From contig OX597834.1 of the NCBI GenBank assembly GCA_951406725.2, positions 44,330,001-44,394,000 of the forward strand: a stretch of DNA of 64,000 nt, written 5' to 3'. The stretch is from Octopus vulgaris. Lineage: Eukaryota. The notes under the pieces were generated by a model. It was given only the letters and a program-made list of their open reading frames with translations, did not search any database and was not told where the DNA came from. Below are positions 1-13,126 of the stretch, piece by piece. The translations under genes were made by a program, and so were the position numbers. Positions within the stretch are counted from its first letter, which is position 1, and every line of letters begins with the position of its first letter.

Positions 1-472
1 TAGAAATGGTGATATACATTTGAGGTCAGTGAGGGAGAAAGAAACGAAAGTGAAAGTAGAATGAAGAAGAGCGCGAAAAAAATAACGAGAGAGAAATGTA
101 AATTAAAAAATAGTAAAAAAACAAAACAGATGAAAAAAATAAGGAAAAAGACAACGAAAAAGCAAAACAAACGTAAGACAAGTAAATAATGGCGCAAAAC
201 TAACAAAAGAGAAGACAAAATTAATTAATGAATTTTCTTTGGAATGGTTCGATGATATCCAAGAATTAGCTTTGTCTGCAATTGTCAGGAATTTCCTGTG
301 AACAACAACATGGCGGATTCTCTAACATATCGTTAGAACTGAGCAGTGAGTGTTCTGAAGTACTCCTATCGACAAGTCATTACTATGTATTTATTAACCT
401 TCACCTTTCTTTTTCTTCTTTATTTATCAGCATCAGTATCATCATCATCATCATCGTAAATGTCATCACCTT

Positions 473-592
<120 letters not shown>

Positions 593-671
593 TCTATTGT
601 AATTTCCAAAAATACTTTCCCGTGTTTATTCCTACAACACCTTCAAGAACAACTACTACTACTACTACTAT

Positions 672-753
<82 letters not shown>

Positions 754-787
754 GCTGCTGCTACTACTACTACTACTGCTGCTGCTG

Positions 788-819
<32 letters not shown>

Positions 820-823
820 ACTA

Positions 824-887
<64 letters not shown>

Positions 888-951
888 TACTATAATCACC
901 ATCATCACTGTCGCCAGCAACACCGTTATCAGCATAAAAGCAATTGTCTTA

Positions 952-1350
952 CGGTTCTATATTTAAGAGATGAGGAATTATTTACATTATTTACATTATT
1001 TACATTCGACCGATATTTGTCCTCATCTTGTTTGTTGATAACACAACGTTTCGGCTGATATACCCGCCAACCTTCTTCAGTCATATGGCGTAGTGGTTAA
1101 GAGCGCGGGCTACTAAACCCAAGTTTCCGAGTTCGATTCCAAGCAGTGAGCTGAACAATAACAATAATAATAATAATAATAATAAGAACATCGAATAATA
1201 ACTTAGGAATGAGAACCCAGGTTCGAAATTTCCCCAAGACACATGAAGAAGGCTGGAGGGTATATCAGCCGAAACGTTGTGTTATCAACAAACAAGACGA
1301 GGACAAATATCCATCGAATGTAAATAATGTAAATAATGTAAATAATGTAG
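952..1350. mobile_element. Penelope-like/retrozyme-like non-autonomous element: tRNA-like head + (AAT)n + hammerhead-like 3' part, preceded by an inverted copy of its own 3' part
   Basis: 987-1080 is the reverse complement of about 1243-1340. The left arm (from 952) also matches the end of a second copy at 22600-22635. A box TGGCGTAGTGG at 1086-1096, B box GTTCGATTCC at 1131-1140. Hammerhead-like motif on both arms. Confidence 0.75.
1238..1283 (+). ncRNA. Minimal type I hammerhead-like motif (C3 mutated in this copy, intact in the minus-strand copy 1040-1080)
   Basis: GACAC-(A/C)TGAAGA-A-GGCTG...CAGCC-GAAA-CG-TT-GTGTT. Stem I GACAC/GTGTT, stem II GGCTG/CAGCC, palindromic AACGTT in place of helix III. 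Confidence 0.6.
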
Positions 1351-1802
1351 CATTTGTCTTCATCACCACAAGCACCAACTTCACCACCACCACTACCATC
1401 ACCACCACCACCACCGCCACCAGCACCACCACCAGCACCACCACCACCATCACCACCACCATACCTACTGCTACCACCAACACCATTATCAACATCATCA
1501 CCACCACTACCGACAATACCACCGCGACCATCACAACCACCACCAGCACTACCACGACCATGACCACGACGACCACCATCACCATCATCACCATCACCAC
1601 CACCACTATTACCACCACCACCACCACTACCACAACCACCACCATCATCATCGGGAATACGATCTTCCTCATCAAAATCTTTATCGATTTCGATTTTCGT
1701 ATATTTTTAAATAGTGGGTGAATTGATTTGATATTGTTCACGAACAAGCTAACACTCAGTGTGACTGCTGCTGATGTCTAGGTCCATCATCATCCTCACC
1801 AA

Positions 1803-1852
<50 letters not shown>

Positions 1853-1889
1853 CCAACATCATCATCATCATCACTATCACCATCATCGA

Positions 1890-1943
<54 letters not shown>

Positions 1944-1963
1944 CATCCTCATCATCATCATCG

Positions 1964-2014
<51 letters not shown>

Positions 2015-2035
2015 CCATCACCATCACCATCATCG

Positions 2036-2080
<45 letters not shown>

Positions 2081-2348
2081 CCATCATCATCATCATCGCC
2101 ATCATCATCATTCCACTGGTTTCTAATGTTATCATTTAAATATCATTTAGGTCTTAAAGAAAGGATTTAATTTCGGAAAAATAGATATGCGTGAATATGT
2201 CATGGTTTCTATCATTAAATGTATTCACACGAAACCAGCTGCACCTGCGTTTCAAAAATTGCAGCTTTTTTTTCTTTACTCTTCCATTAACTATATGCAA
2301 AGTAATATGAGTGAGCGTATATATGTGTATATATATATGTACATATAC

Positions 2349-2403
<55 letters not shown>

Positions 2404-2479
2404 TATGCATATATATATATTCATATATATATATATATATGTATGTATATATATATGCATACATATATATAAGTATATG

Positions 2480-2524
<45 letters not shown>

Positions 2525-2531
2525 TTATATG

Positions 2532-2577
<46 letters not shown>

Positions 2578-2784
2578 TGTGAGTGTGTGCATGTGTGTGT
2601 CTTAGAAATATATATACATGTAAGTATGTATGTAAATTCTATAGAATTAAAATGTTCACTTATATTAGATATTTACATCATACGGAAATGCTAAAATATC
2701 TACATATACATACATACATACATACATACATACGTATATGCATATATATACATATATATATATGCATATATGTATGTATAGATG

Positions 2785-2815
<31 letters not shown>

Positions 2816-4016
2816 AAGCGCATGTATATGTATACATACACGCAGGAGCAGATGTCGTGCATACTACATATATATGTATACATACTTGTATCTTTATATA
2901 TATATATATAAATTATGCATGTATAACTTTCATTTCTTCCTGTGCATATTACATTTCGTATAATTTTACCTATAGTTTCATGCCATCGTTCTCTCTTTCT
3001 TTTTCTGATTGCGTACGTATGTCTCTATACGTATGTGTGTTTGTGTTTCTGGTTGTGTGTGTGCGGCTGAACGTGGTTGTGTACACGCGAGTGCGTGTGT
3101 GCACGCACCTATGCGCGTTATTCCAGTCATTGTGATTCTATCCGCATGTGGAAACCGAATCGAAAAAAAAAACACACAAAATAATGAAATACAGAATCAA
3201 ATGAAATAAGCAACCCAACAAACGACGTCTTTAGAATTTTTTAATTGAGTTTCATGCTTCACATTGCACTAAGTTTTATCGCGTATTTCATCGGAAATTA
3301 TAACATCAAAATTGAACATCCATGATTATTGTATGTATTTCTATTTCAGCGATTTCATAAACGTCATTTTTGCTTTAATACATAACTTTATAATCAATTT
3401 ACAAGGAATAATAGAGCACAAAATTGACTGCTTAATTGAATCTTATTTTATACCCCTCGTACATAAGTTCGAATCACATCCTGGTCAATTTCGGTTATTA
3501 TTTATGAAACTATTTTCTTTTCTTTTTTTAAAGAATTATCTCTGTAAAGATGAATTATGCACGTGACAGATTCAGGTCGTTTCATTTATTTGGTATTTTT
3601 TTTTTGTGTGTGACTGCATTTTTTTCTTTTGTTGAGTAGAGTCCGCCAAGGAGAAAAATCGAAGGAGCAAGTTTGTTGTTTTGTCGTGCAAATGCTAAGA
3701 ATAAGAACTACAATAGGGTTGGGTAGCTTGGAGAGTATAAATAGATGCATGAAACATGCGCAGAAGTGATACGCAACTAGTTAGGCTTGAGAAGATGAGA
3801 CCGAGCGGTAGATATGAGGAAGCGATGACAATGGGTCTGTTGATTCTGAAGACTGGTGTCATGTCTATATAGCCAATTGGCCGACATTTGACTGTAGTGC
3901 GAATGTCTATCTGTTATGAAATTATACAGTATCCTGTGGTCACCAATATAACATTAGATTCAGAATTCATTGGAGGCTGGGACTACTTGCCATACGCTCC
4001 TTATGCAATTCAGGAT

Positions 4017-4155
4017 CAGCTGGGTGGAGTGGAGCAACGTGAAATGAAGTGTTTTGCTCAAGAACACAATGCGTCGCCCGGTCCAGGAATCTTACGAAAC
4101 CACAATCTTACGATCATTATGCTGACACCCTAACCACGAAGTCACGCGTCTCCAC
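4017..4155 (-). mobile_element. SINE family B, 5' part
   Basis: Reverse complement matches the head of 5356-5607. Confidence 0.8.
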
Positions 4156-4189
4156 ATATGTGTGTGTGTGTGTGTGTGTATGTTTGTGT

Positions 4190-4393
4190 GTCTGTGTTTG
4201 TTCACCCGGCCCCCAGCATCGCTTGACAACCAATGCCGGTGTGTTTACGTGACCGTAACTTAGCGGTTCGGCAAAAGAAACCGATAGAATAAGTACTAGG
4301 CTACAAAGAATAAGTCCTGGGGGTCGATTTGCTCGACTAAAGGCGGTGCTGTAGCATGGCCACAGTCAAATGACTGAAACAAGTAAAAGAGTA
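4190..4393 (+). mobile_element. SINE family A, 3' half
   Basis: Matches the 3' half of 12753-13126 (cgtaacttagcggttcggcaaaa...aagtaaaagag). Confidence 0.85.
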
Positions 4394-4517
4394 TATATTT
4401 TTTACTTTTATTTGTATTAGATACATTTTTTTTTGTTTTGAAGCGACATCGCTGTAGAGCTAGGTGGCGCTACAGTCGTGATTGTTGTTGCCATTGTTGG
4501 TGTTGTCTTGCTTTCGT

Positions 4518-4840
4518 TGGCCTTTCATCCTTTCGATAAATGAAGTACCAGTTGCGTACTGGCGTCGATCTTTATCGACTGACCCCTCCCCCCAAAATTT
4601 CAGGCCTTGTGCCTAGAGTAAAAAAGAATATTAGTTTGAAATTTGAGCTGAAGGCCGCTAAGTTCGTGGAAATGTATAAATCGATTATATCGACACCAAT
4701 GTTCAATTGGTACGTATTTTACTGGAACTGAAAGGATGAAAAATAAATTGGACCTCGGCGGAATTTGAACTCAGAACGTTAAGACAGTGAAATGCTGCTA
4801 AACATTTTGACCATCGTCCTAACGATTCTGCAAGCCCAGC
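4518..4840. mobile_element. Two SINE family C fragments, tail-to-tail (+ 4518-4630, - about 4650-4840)
   Basis: gcctttcatccttt..gataaa..agtaccag core on +, and its reverse complement (aaaggatgaaa...cctcggcggaatttgaactcagaac) on -. Confidence 0.75.
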
Positions 4841-5223
4841 GTCATTATTGACGTCATTAGTATTAGTTTCGTATTTTGTCACAAGGCCAGTAAGCTGTGG
4901 AGAGGGTGTAAGCCATCGAGTTGGAATTTAACTGAGACTATCAACCGACTCTAAATAAAGCAAGAATAAAAACAAGAACAATGAATCTCGAATCTACGAA
5001 AAGGAAGAATCTAAGCCATAGACTCGTATTTACCTTTCAGCAACTTTGCGGGGCTGCTACAGATGTCTGCGTCTGTACAATTACTAAACCAATAGTTAAA
5101 GAGACAAATTCCTTTGATCGCTGTGTGTGTTCACTTTCAAAGGTTACACCCGCAAACGCTCTCACGCAACATATATATAAATACACACACACTCATACAC
5201 ACACACACATACACACACACACA

Positions 5224-5257
<34 letters not shown>

Positions 5258-5355
5258 CACAATGTGAAAATTTATCATTCCCCAAATTTCCCAATTTGAA
5301 ATAATCTAAACAAAATTTCACTTTGGATATTTTATTAGTTGTATGATATGGCGGA

Positions 5356-5607
5356 TGGAGGCGCGTGGCTTAGTGGTTAGGGTGTCAGTATCATGATCGT
5401 AAGATTGAGGTTTCGATTCCTGGACCGGGCGACGCGTTGTCTTCTTAAGCAAAACACTTCATTTCGCGTTGCTCCAGTCCACTCAGCTGGCAAAAATGAG
5501 TAACGCTGCGATGGACTGGCGTCCCTTCCAGCTTGGGAACACATACGCCATAGAAACCGAGAAACCGGGCCTGTGAGCCTGGCTAGGCTTTAAAAGGGCT
5601 CATTTAT
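5356..5607 (+). mobile_element. Full-length tRNA-derived SINE family B with 13-bp TSD
   Basis: A box tggcttagtgg, B box gtttcgattcc. TSD tatgatatggcgg at 5342-5354 and 5616-5628. Near-identical to 55177-55428 (-). Confidence 0.9.
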
Positions 5608-5621
5608 TTTTTTATTATGAT

Positions 5622-5850
5622 ATGGCGGCGAACTGGCAGATTCGTGAGCATATCGAGCAAAATGCTTAGCGGTATTTCGTCCATCTTTAAGATCTGAGCT
5701 CAAAGTAAGCCGAAGTCTTTGTCTTCAATCTATTCGGGATCGATGAAATAAGTACCAGTTTGGTACTGGGGTCGATGTATTTTCCTTCTCTTCACATTAA
5801 AAACAGCAGGTCAGCCCTGTGCCAAAGTTTGGGACCATTATTATTTGTAT
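5622..5850 (+). mobile_element. SINE family C
   Basis: ggcggcgaactggcaga head and gataaa/agtaccag core shared with 61570-61785. Confidence 0.75.
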
Positions 5851-6852
5851 AATAACTATGTTGATAGTTCTTCAAGGCAGGCTCTCAGTCCTTACTCCTG
5901 TTTCAGTGAACGACATACGTTTTGCATACGCAAGAGAAATCATATCTGACAGTCTCTCTTCAAGCATCATAAGGTTTTTGCTTTATCTGTTTCTATAATT
6001 ACTTATTTCCAACTTCATTCTCTTCTGCTTGATTATGTTTCATAAACCATAAGAAAATAAAATGATCAAGACTGTGTCGTAAATATCATTCTTGGAATAT
6101 GCCACCATAAAGAAAGTATACATCTCCATATCAAGGGATTGAAACAATTACACAAGAGAAAAAATATTTCAAAATTATTAAAAAAACCGCCGAGGTTGAT
6201 TTTGCCTTTCATTCTTTCGGGGTCGTTAAAATAAGTCCCAGTTGAAATCGACTCATCCCCCCCACCACAATTTCTGCCCTTGTGGCAAAACTTGAAGCCA
6301 TTATTGTTATTAAGATGACCTAATGATGATGAATATCTTATTGTTATATTTTCGTAGTTTGTAGTAAAAGATTATGGAAATATAGTAACTAAAACCACCA
6401 TTGTACAAACCTAGCAGTTCTCAAGCGCACGTCAGACAATCAATGATTGAACGAGAAATTAGGAAAATTATTGATTTAATCTGCCTCATACAAAAATAAA
6501 ACATTAGTTGATAATACCAACATAGAATTTGATAAACATCGTTAATAGTGAAATACAAAATGAAATTCAACGCTAATATAGATTAGCATTTGGATACAGT
6601 ATAGTAATAAAGATGAGTTAATAATTTAATATACTTTTAAAATCGCCAATGATGATCTTGTTTCAACAGTTACAACACCTTGGTCTGATAAGGAATCAAT
6701 TTATTCTGAAGTTGAGACGAAGTCGTGGAAAGGTTAAGAGATTTACGGAAACTACTTTTCTGAGCTTAACATAAACAACTGATGAAGAAATTCCAAATAA
6801 GAAATATTCTTAATAAAAATGTTAAACACAAATGCAGTCGTCTTATTAATGC

Positions 6853-7081
6853 TTAACCATTAAGCATTTTAACTGACCACATCCGCGCAAAATATTCTAC
6901 CTGTTTTATTTTCAAAATGACCAGATCAAACTTTTCACATCTGCCCTACAATGCCATTAAGAAAATAAATAATTACTTCATCGGAATCACCAAAACTACA
7001 AGATATTGCATAATTAATTCAAATCAATGTGAAGTTTCAAGCAATTTAATTGACAAAGTAATCTGAATGATAAAGAGTTAA
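6853..7081. mobile_element. piggyBac-like MITE (TTAA-flanked)
   Basis: TTAA at both ends. Imperfect TIRs ttaaccattaagcatt / aatgataaagagttaa. Confidence 0.65.
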
Positions 7082-7156
7082 AGGAAAAGCTGGTCCATGT
7101 ATGTATTCCTCTATCATGTACATATGTGTGTGTGTCTGCTTGTTTGTTTGTGTGTT

Positions 7157-7187
<31 letters not shown>

Positions 7188-7309
7188 CACAAACGTTTAT
7201 ACAGACACGTGATTGTTGCTGTGAAAGAATTTTTGGATTCTTTCCTTCGATAGATGCATGGGTGAATAGAAACAAAATCACTAGTGTGGTGGAAAAGACA
7301 GTGGGTAAG

Positions 7310-7348
<39 letters not shown>

Positions 7349-7425
7349 GGATAACATCTATTTATCGTCAAAAATATTTGCAAACATATTTTGTCTAATC
7401 GGCAGGCAACGCAAACACAAACACA

Positions 7426-7467
<42 letters not shown>

Positions 7468-8267
7468 AACTCGTACACTCTCGCACACACACATTCGCAT
7501 ACTCACAGTTACACGCAGTCACGTGACTGCACATGCACATGCACACAATACGTACACAGCAACAGCAAAACACTTACGCACATGCATTCACAGACACACA
7601 AGCAGTTCCACATATAAACAAAAATTCTCACAAACAAACAAACAAAACACATAAACGCATACAAGCATATACACATGTAAACATACACACACACACACTT
7701 ACAGAGAAACATAGCCGCACGCTCACATTGGCATAAGCGCACGCACATATTCGCTGGCAACATATAAGCCGTAGAGATTCTCAGCCAATTTGGCAAACAT
7801 GTACGTCACACATATAAATATAATCAACGTTTTACTGTTTTTACATAATTCTTTCTTACTCTTCTTTCTCTCTCTTTCTTTCTTGTTTGAAATTTAAATT
7901 TTCAAGAAATTACTCTGAAGTCATTAATTAAGAAGTAATTAATGTGGTTCAAATTTTTTTCGTTCCATCTCACTCTTTTCCTTGGCCTTACCACCCTCCC
8001 GTTCTGGCTCTTGCCAGCGTCTATCTCGCTCACTTGAACATTCGTTGCTCTTCCCGACACCTTCTAATGTTTTGCTCTTATCTTCTAATTCTGTCTGTCT
8101 GTCTGTCTGTCAGTCAGTCTGTGCTTGTTTATATCCATACATACAAACATACATACCTGTATATATATATATATATATATCTTAATACATACGTACATGC
8201 ATGCATACATACGCACACATGTTTGTACACATATTTATATATATATACATATATTATATATCATATA

Positions 8268-8305
<38 letters not shown>

Positions 8306-8311
8306 TATATC

Positions 8312-8375
<64 letters not shown>

Positions 8376-9433
8376 TACACATGATAACATTATATATATG
8401 CATATATGTAAATATATATATATGTGTGTGTGTGTGTATACATATGTATATATGTATATATATGCATATATTAATACATACATGAATTCATAAACACACG
8501 CATACCAAATTATAATATATACACATACACATATTCATATTCTTATATATATATATATGAGTGAAAGTGTATGTATATATGTGTGCATGTCAACATCACT
8601 GAATCCCCAAGCATTTTCGATCTCTCACCCACTCCCTTGCCCACCCCCATTCCTGACCCCCCTTCTCCTCCCCCCCCGCCTTTTTTTCTCGGTTTTATTT
8701 TTTTGTTTTCTTTACTGCAGAACGAAAACCGATGTTCATTATTGTTTTTGTCTCAGGAAATTACTTCAATCAAGACGCTGTTATAGAAATTAAAGATGGC
8801 CGTCCATAACACGGAATTAACGTTGCAAATATAAAGGTTACGCGTGTCAAGCTCTTAATCCGGAATTTGCTTTCATCAGTTGATCAACGAGAGATTCGAC
8901 AATGGACTAAACATTGTTGATAGTCGTGTTTTTCTTTCTTTCTTTTTGTTGCTATTGTTGCTGTTGTTGTTGTTGTTGTTGCTATATTGTTGTCGTTGTT
9001 GTTGTTGTTGCTGTTGTTGTTGTTGGTGCTTTCGCTGTTGCTACTCCTCTTTTTTGATATTAATAATCTCGCTTTCGCCCTTCTGACTTTCGTCTTCTTC
9101 TTCTTTTTCTTCTTCTTCTTCTTCTTCTTCTTCTTCTTCTTCTTCTTCTTCTTCTCCTTCTTCTCCTCCTTCTTCTTCTTCTTCTTCTTCTTCTTCTCCT
9201 TCTTCTCCTCCTCCTTCTTCTTCTTCTTCTTCTTCTTCTTCTTCTTCTTCTTCGTTGTCGTCGTCGTCGTTGTTGTCACCGTCTTGTTGTTCTTCGTATT
9301 AATATTACCACCACCACCACCACCACCACCACCACCACCACCATCATCATCATTTTCATCATCATCGTCTTCGTTATAGTTATTATCATCATCATTATTG
9401 TTGTTATTATTATTATCATCATCATCATCATCG

Positions 9434-9481
<48 letters not shown>

Positions 9482-9669
9482 CTGTCATTATCATTACTGA
9501 TGGTTTCACTGATGTTGGTGTTGCTGTTGTTGTACAGGTCGAAGAGTTAATGCAAGAACAATGACGAACAGATCGATAAATGCACAAGAAAGATAGCGAA
9601 CGGGAGAGAGGCAGAGGTTAACAATATAGATGGCATTACAGCGGAGTTTTGTTTCGAAAACGAGAGAGA

Positions 9670-9800
9670 GGCACACACACACACACACGCATACACACAC
9701 ACACACATGCAGGCACACACACACACAGACACGCACACACATGCAGGCACACACACACACAGACACGCACACACATGCAGGCACACACACACATACGCGC
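9670..9800. repeat. Higher-order tandem repeat built on (CA)n (unit about 34-36 bp, gcaggcacacac...gacacgcacacacat)
   Basis: About three directly visible units. Confidence 0.8.
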
Positions 9801-10519
9801 GTACACACTCACGCACACAGGAACACACTCGCCCGCGCATATTTATGTATATATGCGTATATATATGTGTATATATGTGTGTGTGTTTGTGTATTTGTGT
9901 GTGTGTGTCTGTGTGTGTATACATAGGAAAGCGCTACTTGCAAAAAAGCCACCATTGCCACGAGGCTAAAGTTGTTTTTCAAAAGAAAAATGCATTTTAT
10001 GAGATTTACTTCAAAATAAATAAAGCGATCAAAAGTGAAAGTAAACGGAACACTGCACAATGTTCAAGATGTTTCACTGATAAGTCAGTGTGGATACATG
10101 CAGACATACATGGCTTATATATATATGTATATACAAATATATGCATGCGTGTGTATGTATGTATTATATATATATACACACACACACATATATATATAGG
10201 TATGTTTCTATATATATATAGATATATAGACAAACATACCTACGCCATATACATAAATATATATGTATGAGTGTGTATATACACACTTAATTATTTAAAT
10301 AAAAAATTATGTGGACATAATTTTCCGATTTTTGTATCGAATTTCAACCTTACACTCACTCACACACACACTTGCACAGACACACACATTCAATTTGATT
10401 TTCTAATGATTTTTTAAAATAATTTTTCTTTGTTTCCCATATTTGACCAGTGTCTTAATTCTTTTCTTGTTTCGATATTTTTTCTAAAGTCAATTTATTA
10501 GATTAATTTATGCCAAATA

Positions 10520-10609
<90 letters not shown>

Positions 10610-10744
10610 AGATAATGGTGACATTGAGACCCAAAGGTGGCAGGTAATGCTGAATAAGTGCTATAGACAGACCATAGTTAAGTTCCAGGTTCGGTAATAT
10701 TGCGAATAAAGGGTTCAACGTTGGTTCTATGTCAGCGTGTGTAC

Positions 10745-11250
10745 ATATGAATTTTTGCGTAATGAAATAGAAAAAACCAAAGCTGTATAGATATTAAAGC
10801 ATTTATAGATAGAAGGTCTTACTGCTGTTTCTAGAATATTAATTAATAATAACATCCATTCATCGGAGACAGTGTGAGAGGAAAAATTCAGAGAATCTTA
10901 CATTGTTTATAAACTTTACATCTGGATGGACTCATATTGAACTCAGTTGGACTTTTGGATTTTACTATAAGGATATTGGAATATTACACATATATACCAT
11001 TATACCTATAAAACGGATTTATGAACTCAATACCCATACATATCTTACATCTATTTTCTTTCCTCCACCTCACTCTCTATTTTGTATCACATCGAAACAA
11101 ACTATGACTTAATTTTTCCTCTCACACCGTCTCCGATAAAGGAATATTATTAATTGATATCCTTGAAACAGCTGTAAGATCTTCTATCTATAAATGCTCT
11201 AATGTCTATACAGCCTTGGTTTTTTATCTCATTACAAAAAAAATTCATAT
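10745..11250. mobile_element. Inverted-arm element (about 140-bp arms) with a hammerhead-like motif in each arm, Penelope pLTR-like
   Basis: 10745-10887 is the reverse complement of 11111-11250. Motif GTCT-CCGAT(G/A)AA-stem II-GAAA-CAGCTG-TA-AGA(C/T). Confidence 0.75.
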
Positions 11251-11717
11251 ATATATATATATTTAAAATTAAATAAGGGTAGAAATTGATATTAATGAAT
11301 TAAAACCAGTGGAGGAAACATAAATTGTAAATAGTCAGGTTTAATTTATTTTGTTCACTAGCGAAGGTACTGTTTCACATCATGATCTACCTAGTCTGTC
11401 AATGTGAGAGAAAGTGACATAGGGGAAAAAAGAGAGATAGTGTTATGAGTGCTCCAGCTGGCCAATTTCACATACCATGTGAAGATAAAGTTTTCAGTGT
11501 TACACCCCATCCCTCATTAACCATTATGTAATTACTAAAACAAAATTGTTACCACCCGTTTATCTGTAAGTTATATGTAAGTTACTTTTTCAACGTTTAG
11601 ATTTCGCAAGAATCATTATTACAACTGGTCTCCCCTGTAACGCAGATCCTCAAAAGAGACAATATTCATCATAAACTTTCTGTTTTCTCCTGAAGGAAAT
11701 CAAAATGCTGAATCATA

Positions 11718-11874
11718 AGTGGCTGTGTGGTAAGTAGCTTGCTTGCGAACCACATGGTTCCAGGTTCAGTCCCACTGCGTGGCACCTTGGGCAAGTGTCT
11801 TCTACTATAGCCTCGGGCCGACCAAAGCCTTGTGAGTGGATTTGATAGGCGAAAACTGAAAGAAGACCTTCGTA

Positions 11875-11906
<32 letters not shown>

Positions 11907-12157
11907 GATATATTTATATATATATCTGTGTGTGTGTGTATGTGTATGTTTGTGTGTCTGTGTTTGTCCCCCAACATCGCTTGACAGTCGATGCTGGTGT
12001 GTTTATGTTCCCGTAACTTAGCGGTTCGGCAAAAGAGACCGATCGAATAAGTACTAGGCTTACAAAGAATAAGTCCTCGGGTCGACTTGCTCGACGAAAG
12101 GCGGTGCACCAGCATGGCCACAGTCAAATGACGGAAACAAGTAAAAGAGTAAAAGAT
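11718..12157 (+). mobile_element. SINE family A (tRNA-like head, internal AT/GT microsatellite)
   Basis: gtggctgtgtggtaagtagc...ggttcagtccc head. More than 10 related copies in the window. Confidence 0.9.
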
Positions 12158-12230
12158 ACGTACATACACACGAGCACATACATACATACATACATACATA
12201 CATACATACATACATACATACATACATACA

Positions 12231-12262
<32 letters not shown>

Positions 12263-12265
<3 letters not shown>

Positions 12266-12620
12266 GTAACACACTGCCTAAATACCGATTTTGAGAGATT
12301 AGGATTCTCAAAACCAGAAAGGCGAAAGCTAATTCGAAGACCACGAATCCAATCCATCACTGGAACTGTAAAAAACGTTCCAGAAGTTTATCATTTAAGT
12401 ATATAAATGAGCATGTCTAGATATGTAGCTATATGCATGAGAATACATACATAAAACAAAACATACAAATCTGCAGGTATACATACAAAAATACTCTGTT
12501 GTTCATGTTGAACTTTCTAATGAACTCTGAACACTTAACTCACTCGGACCGTTACTATTTATACTTTACTCGGACTAGTCTATCTCTCTGAAGGGGGCGC
12601 CGTAACTCTCATCAAAACAC
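12263..12620 (+). mobile_element. 3' end of an RLE-type (R4/Dong-like) non-LTR retrotransposon in a (TACA)n tract
   Basis: Translates as VTHCLNTDFERLGFSKPERRKLIRRPRIQSITGTVK, then TFQKFII* after a frameshift, resembling RLE ORF C-termini. Followed by a 3' UTR, with (TACA)n on both sides. Confidence 0.6.
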
Positions 12621-12752
12621 ATACATACATACATACATACTTACAAAAATACCCTATTAATGTTGTTGAAATTCCAATGAAGTAGACTTGGATCTAGGTT
12701 AGAAACCGGTTCTTTCTCTATTGGCAAGAAATCTTGAAATAAAATTTACTAT

Positions 12753-13126
12753 AGGCGCAGGAGTGGCTGTGTGGTAAGTAGCTTGCTAACCAACCACATG
12801 GTTCCGGGTTCAGTCCCACTGCGTGGCATCTTGGGCAAGTGTCTTCTGCTATAGCCCCGGGCCGACCAATGCCTTGTGAGTGGATTTGGTAGACGGAAAC
12901 TGAAAGAAGCCTGTGTGTTTGTGTGTCTGTGTTTGTCCCCCTAGCATTGCTTGACAACCGATGCTGGTGTGTTTGCGTCCCCGTAACTTAGCGGTTCGGC
13001 AAAAAGAGACCGATAGAATAAGTACTAGGCTTACAAAGAATAAGTCCCGGGGTCGATTTGCTCGACTAAAGGCGGTGCTCCAGCATGGCCGCAGTCAAAT
13101 GACGGAAACAAGTAAAAGAGTAAAGA
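12753..13126 (+). mobile_element. Full-length SINE family A
   Basis: aggcgcaggagtggctgtgtgg head through the aagtaaaagagtaaag tail. Confidence 0.92.

Noticed and set aside
1081-1155. Functional tRNA gene
   Set aside because: A and B boxes are present, but no acceptor stem or terminator. It is better explained as a SINE head, as are the heads of families A-D.
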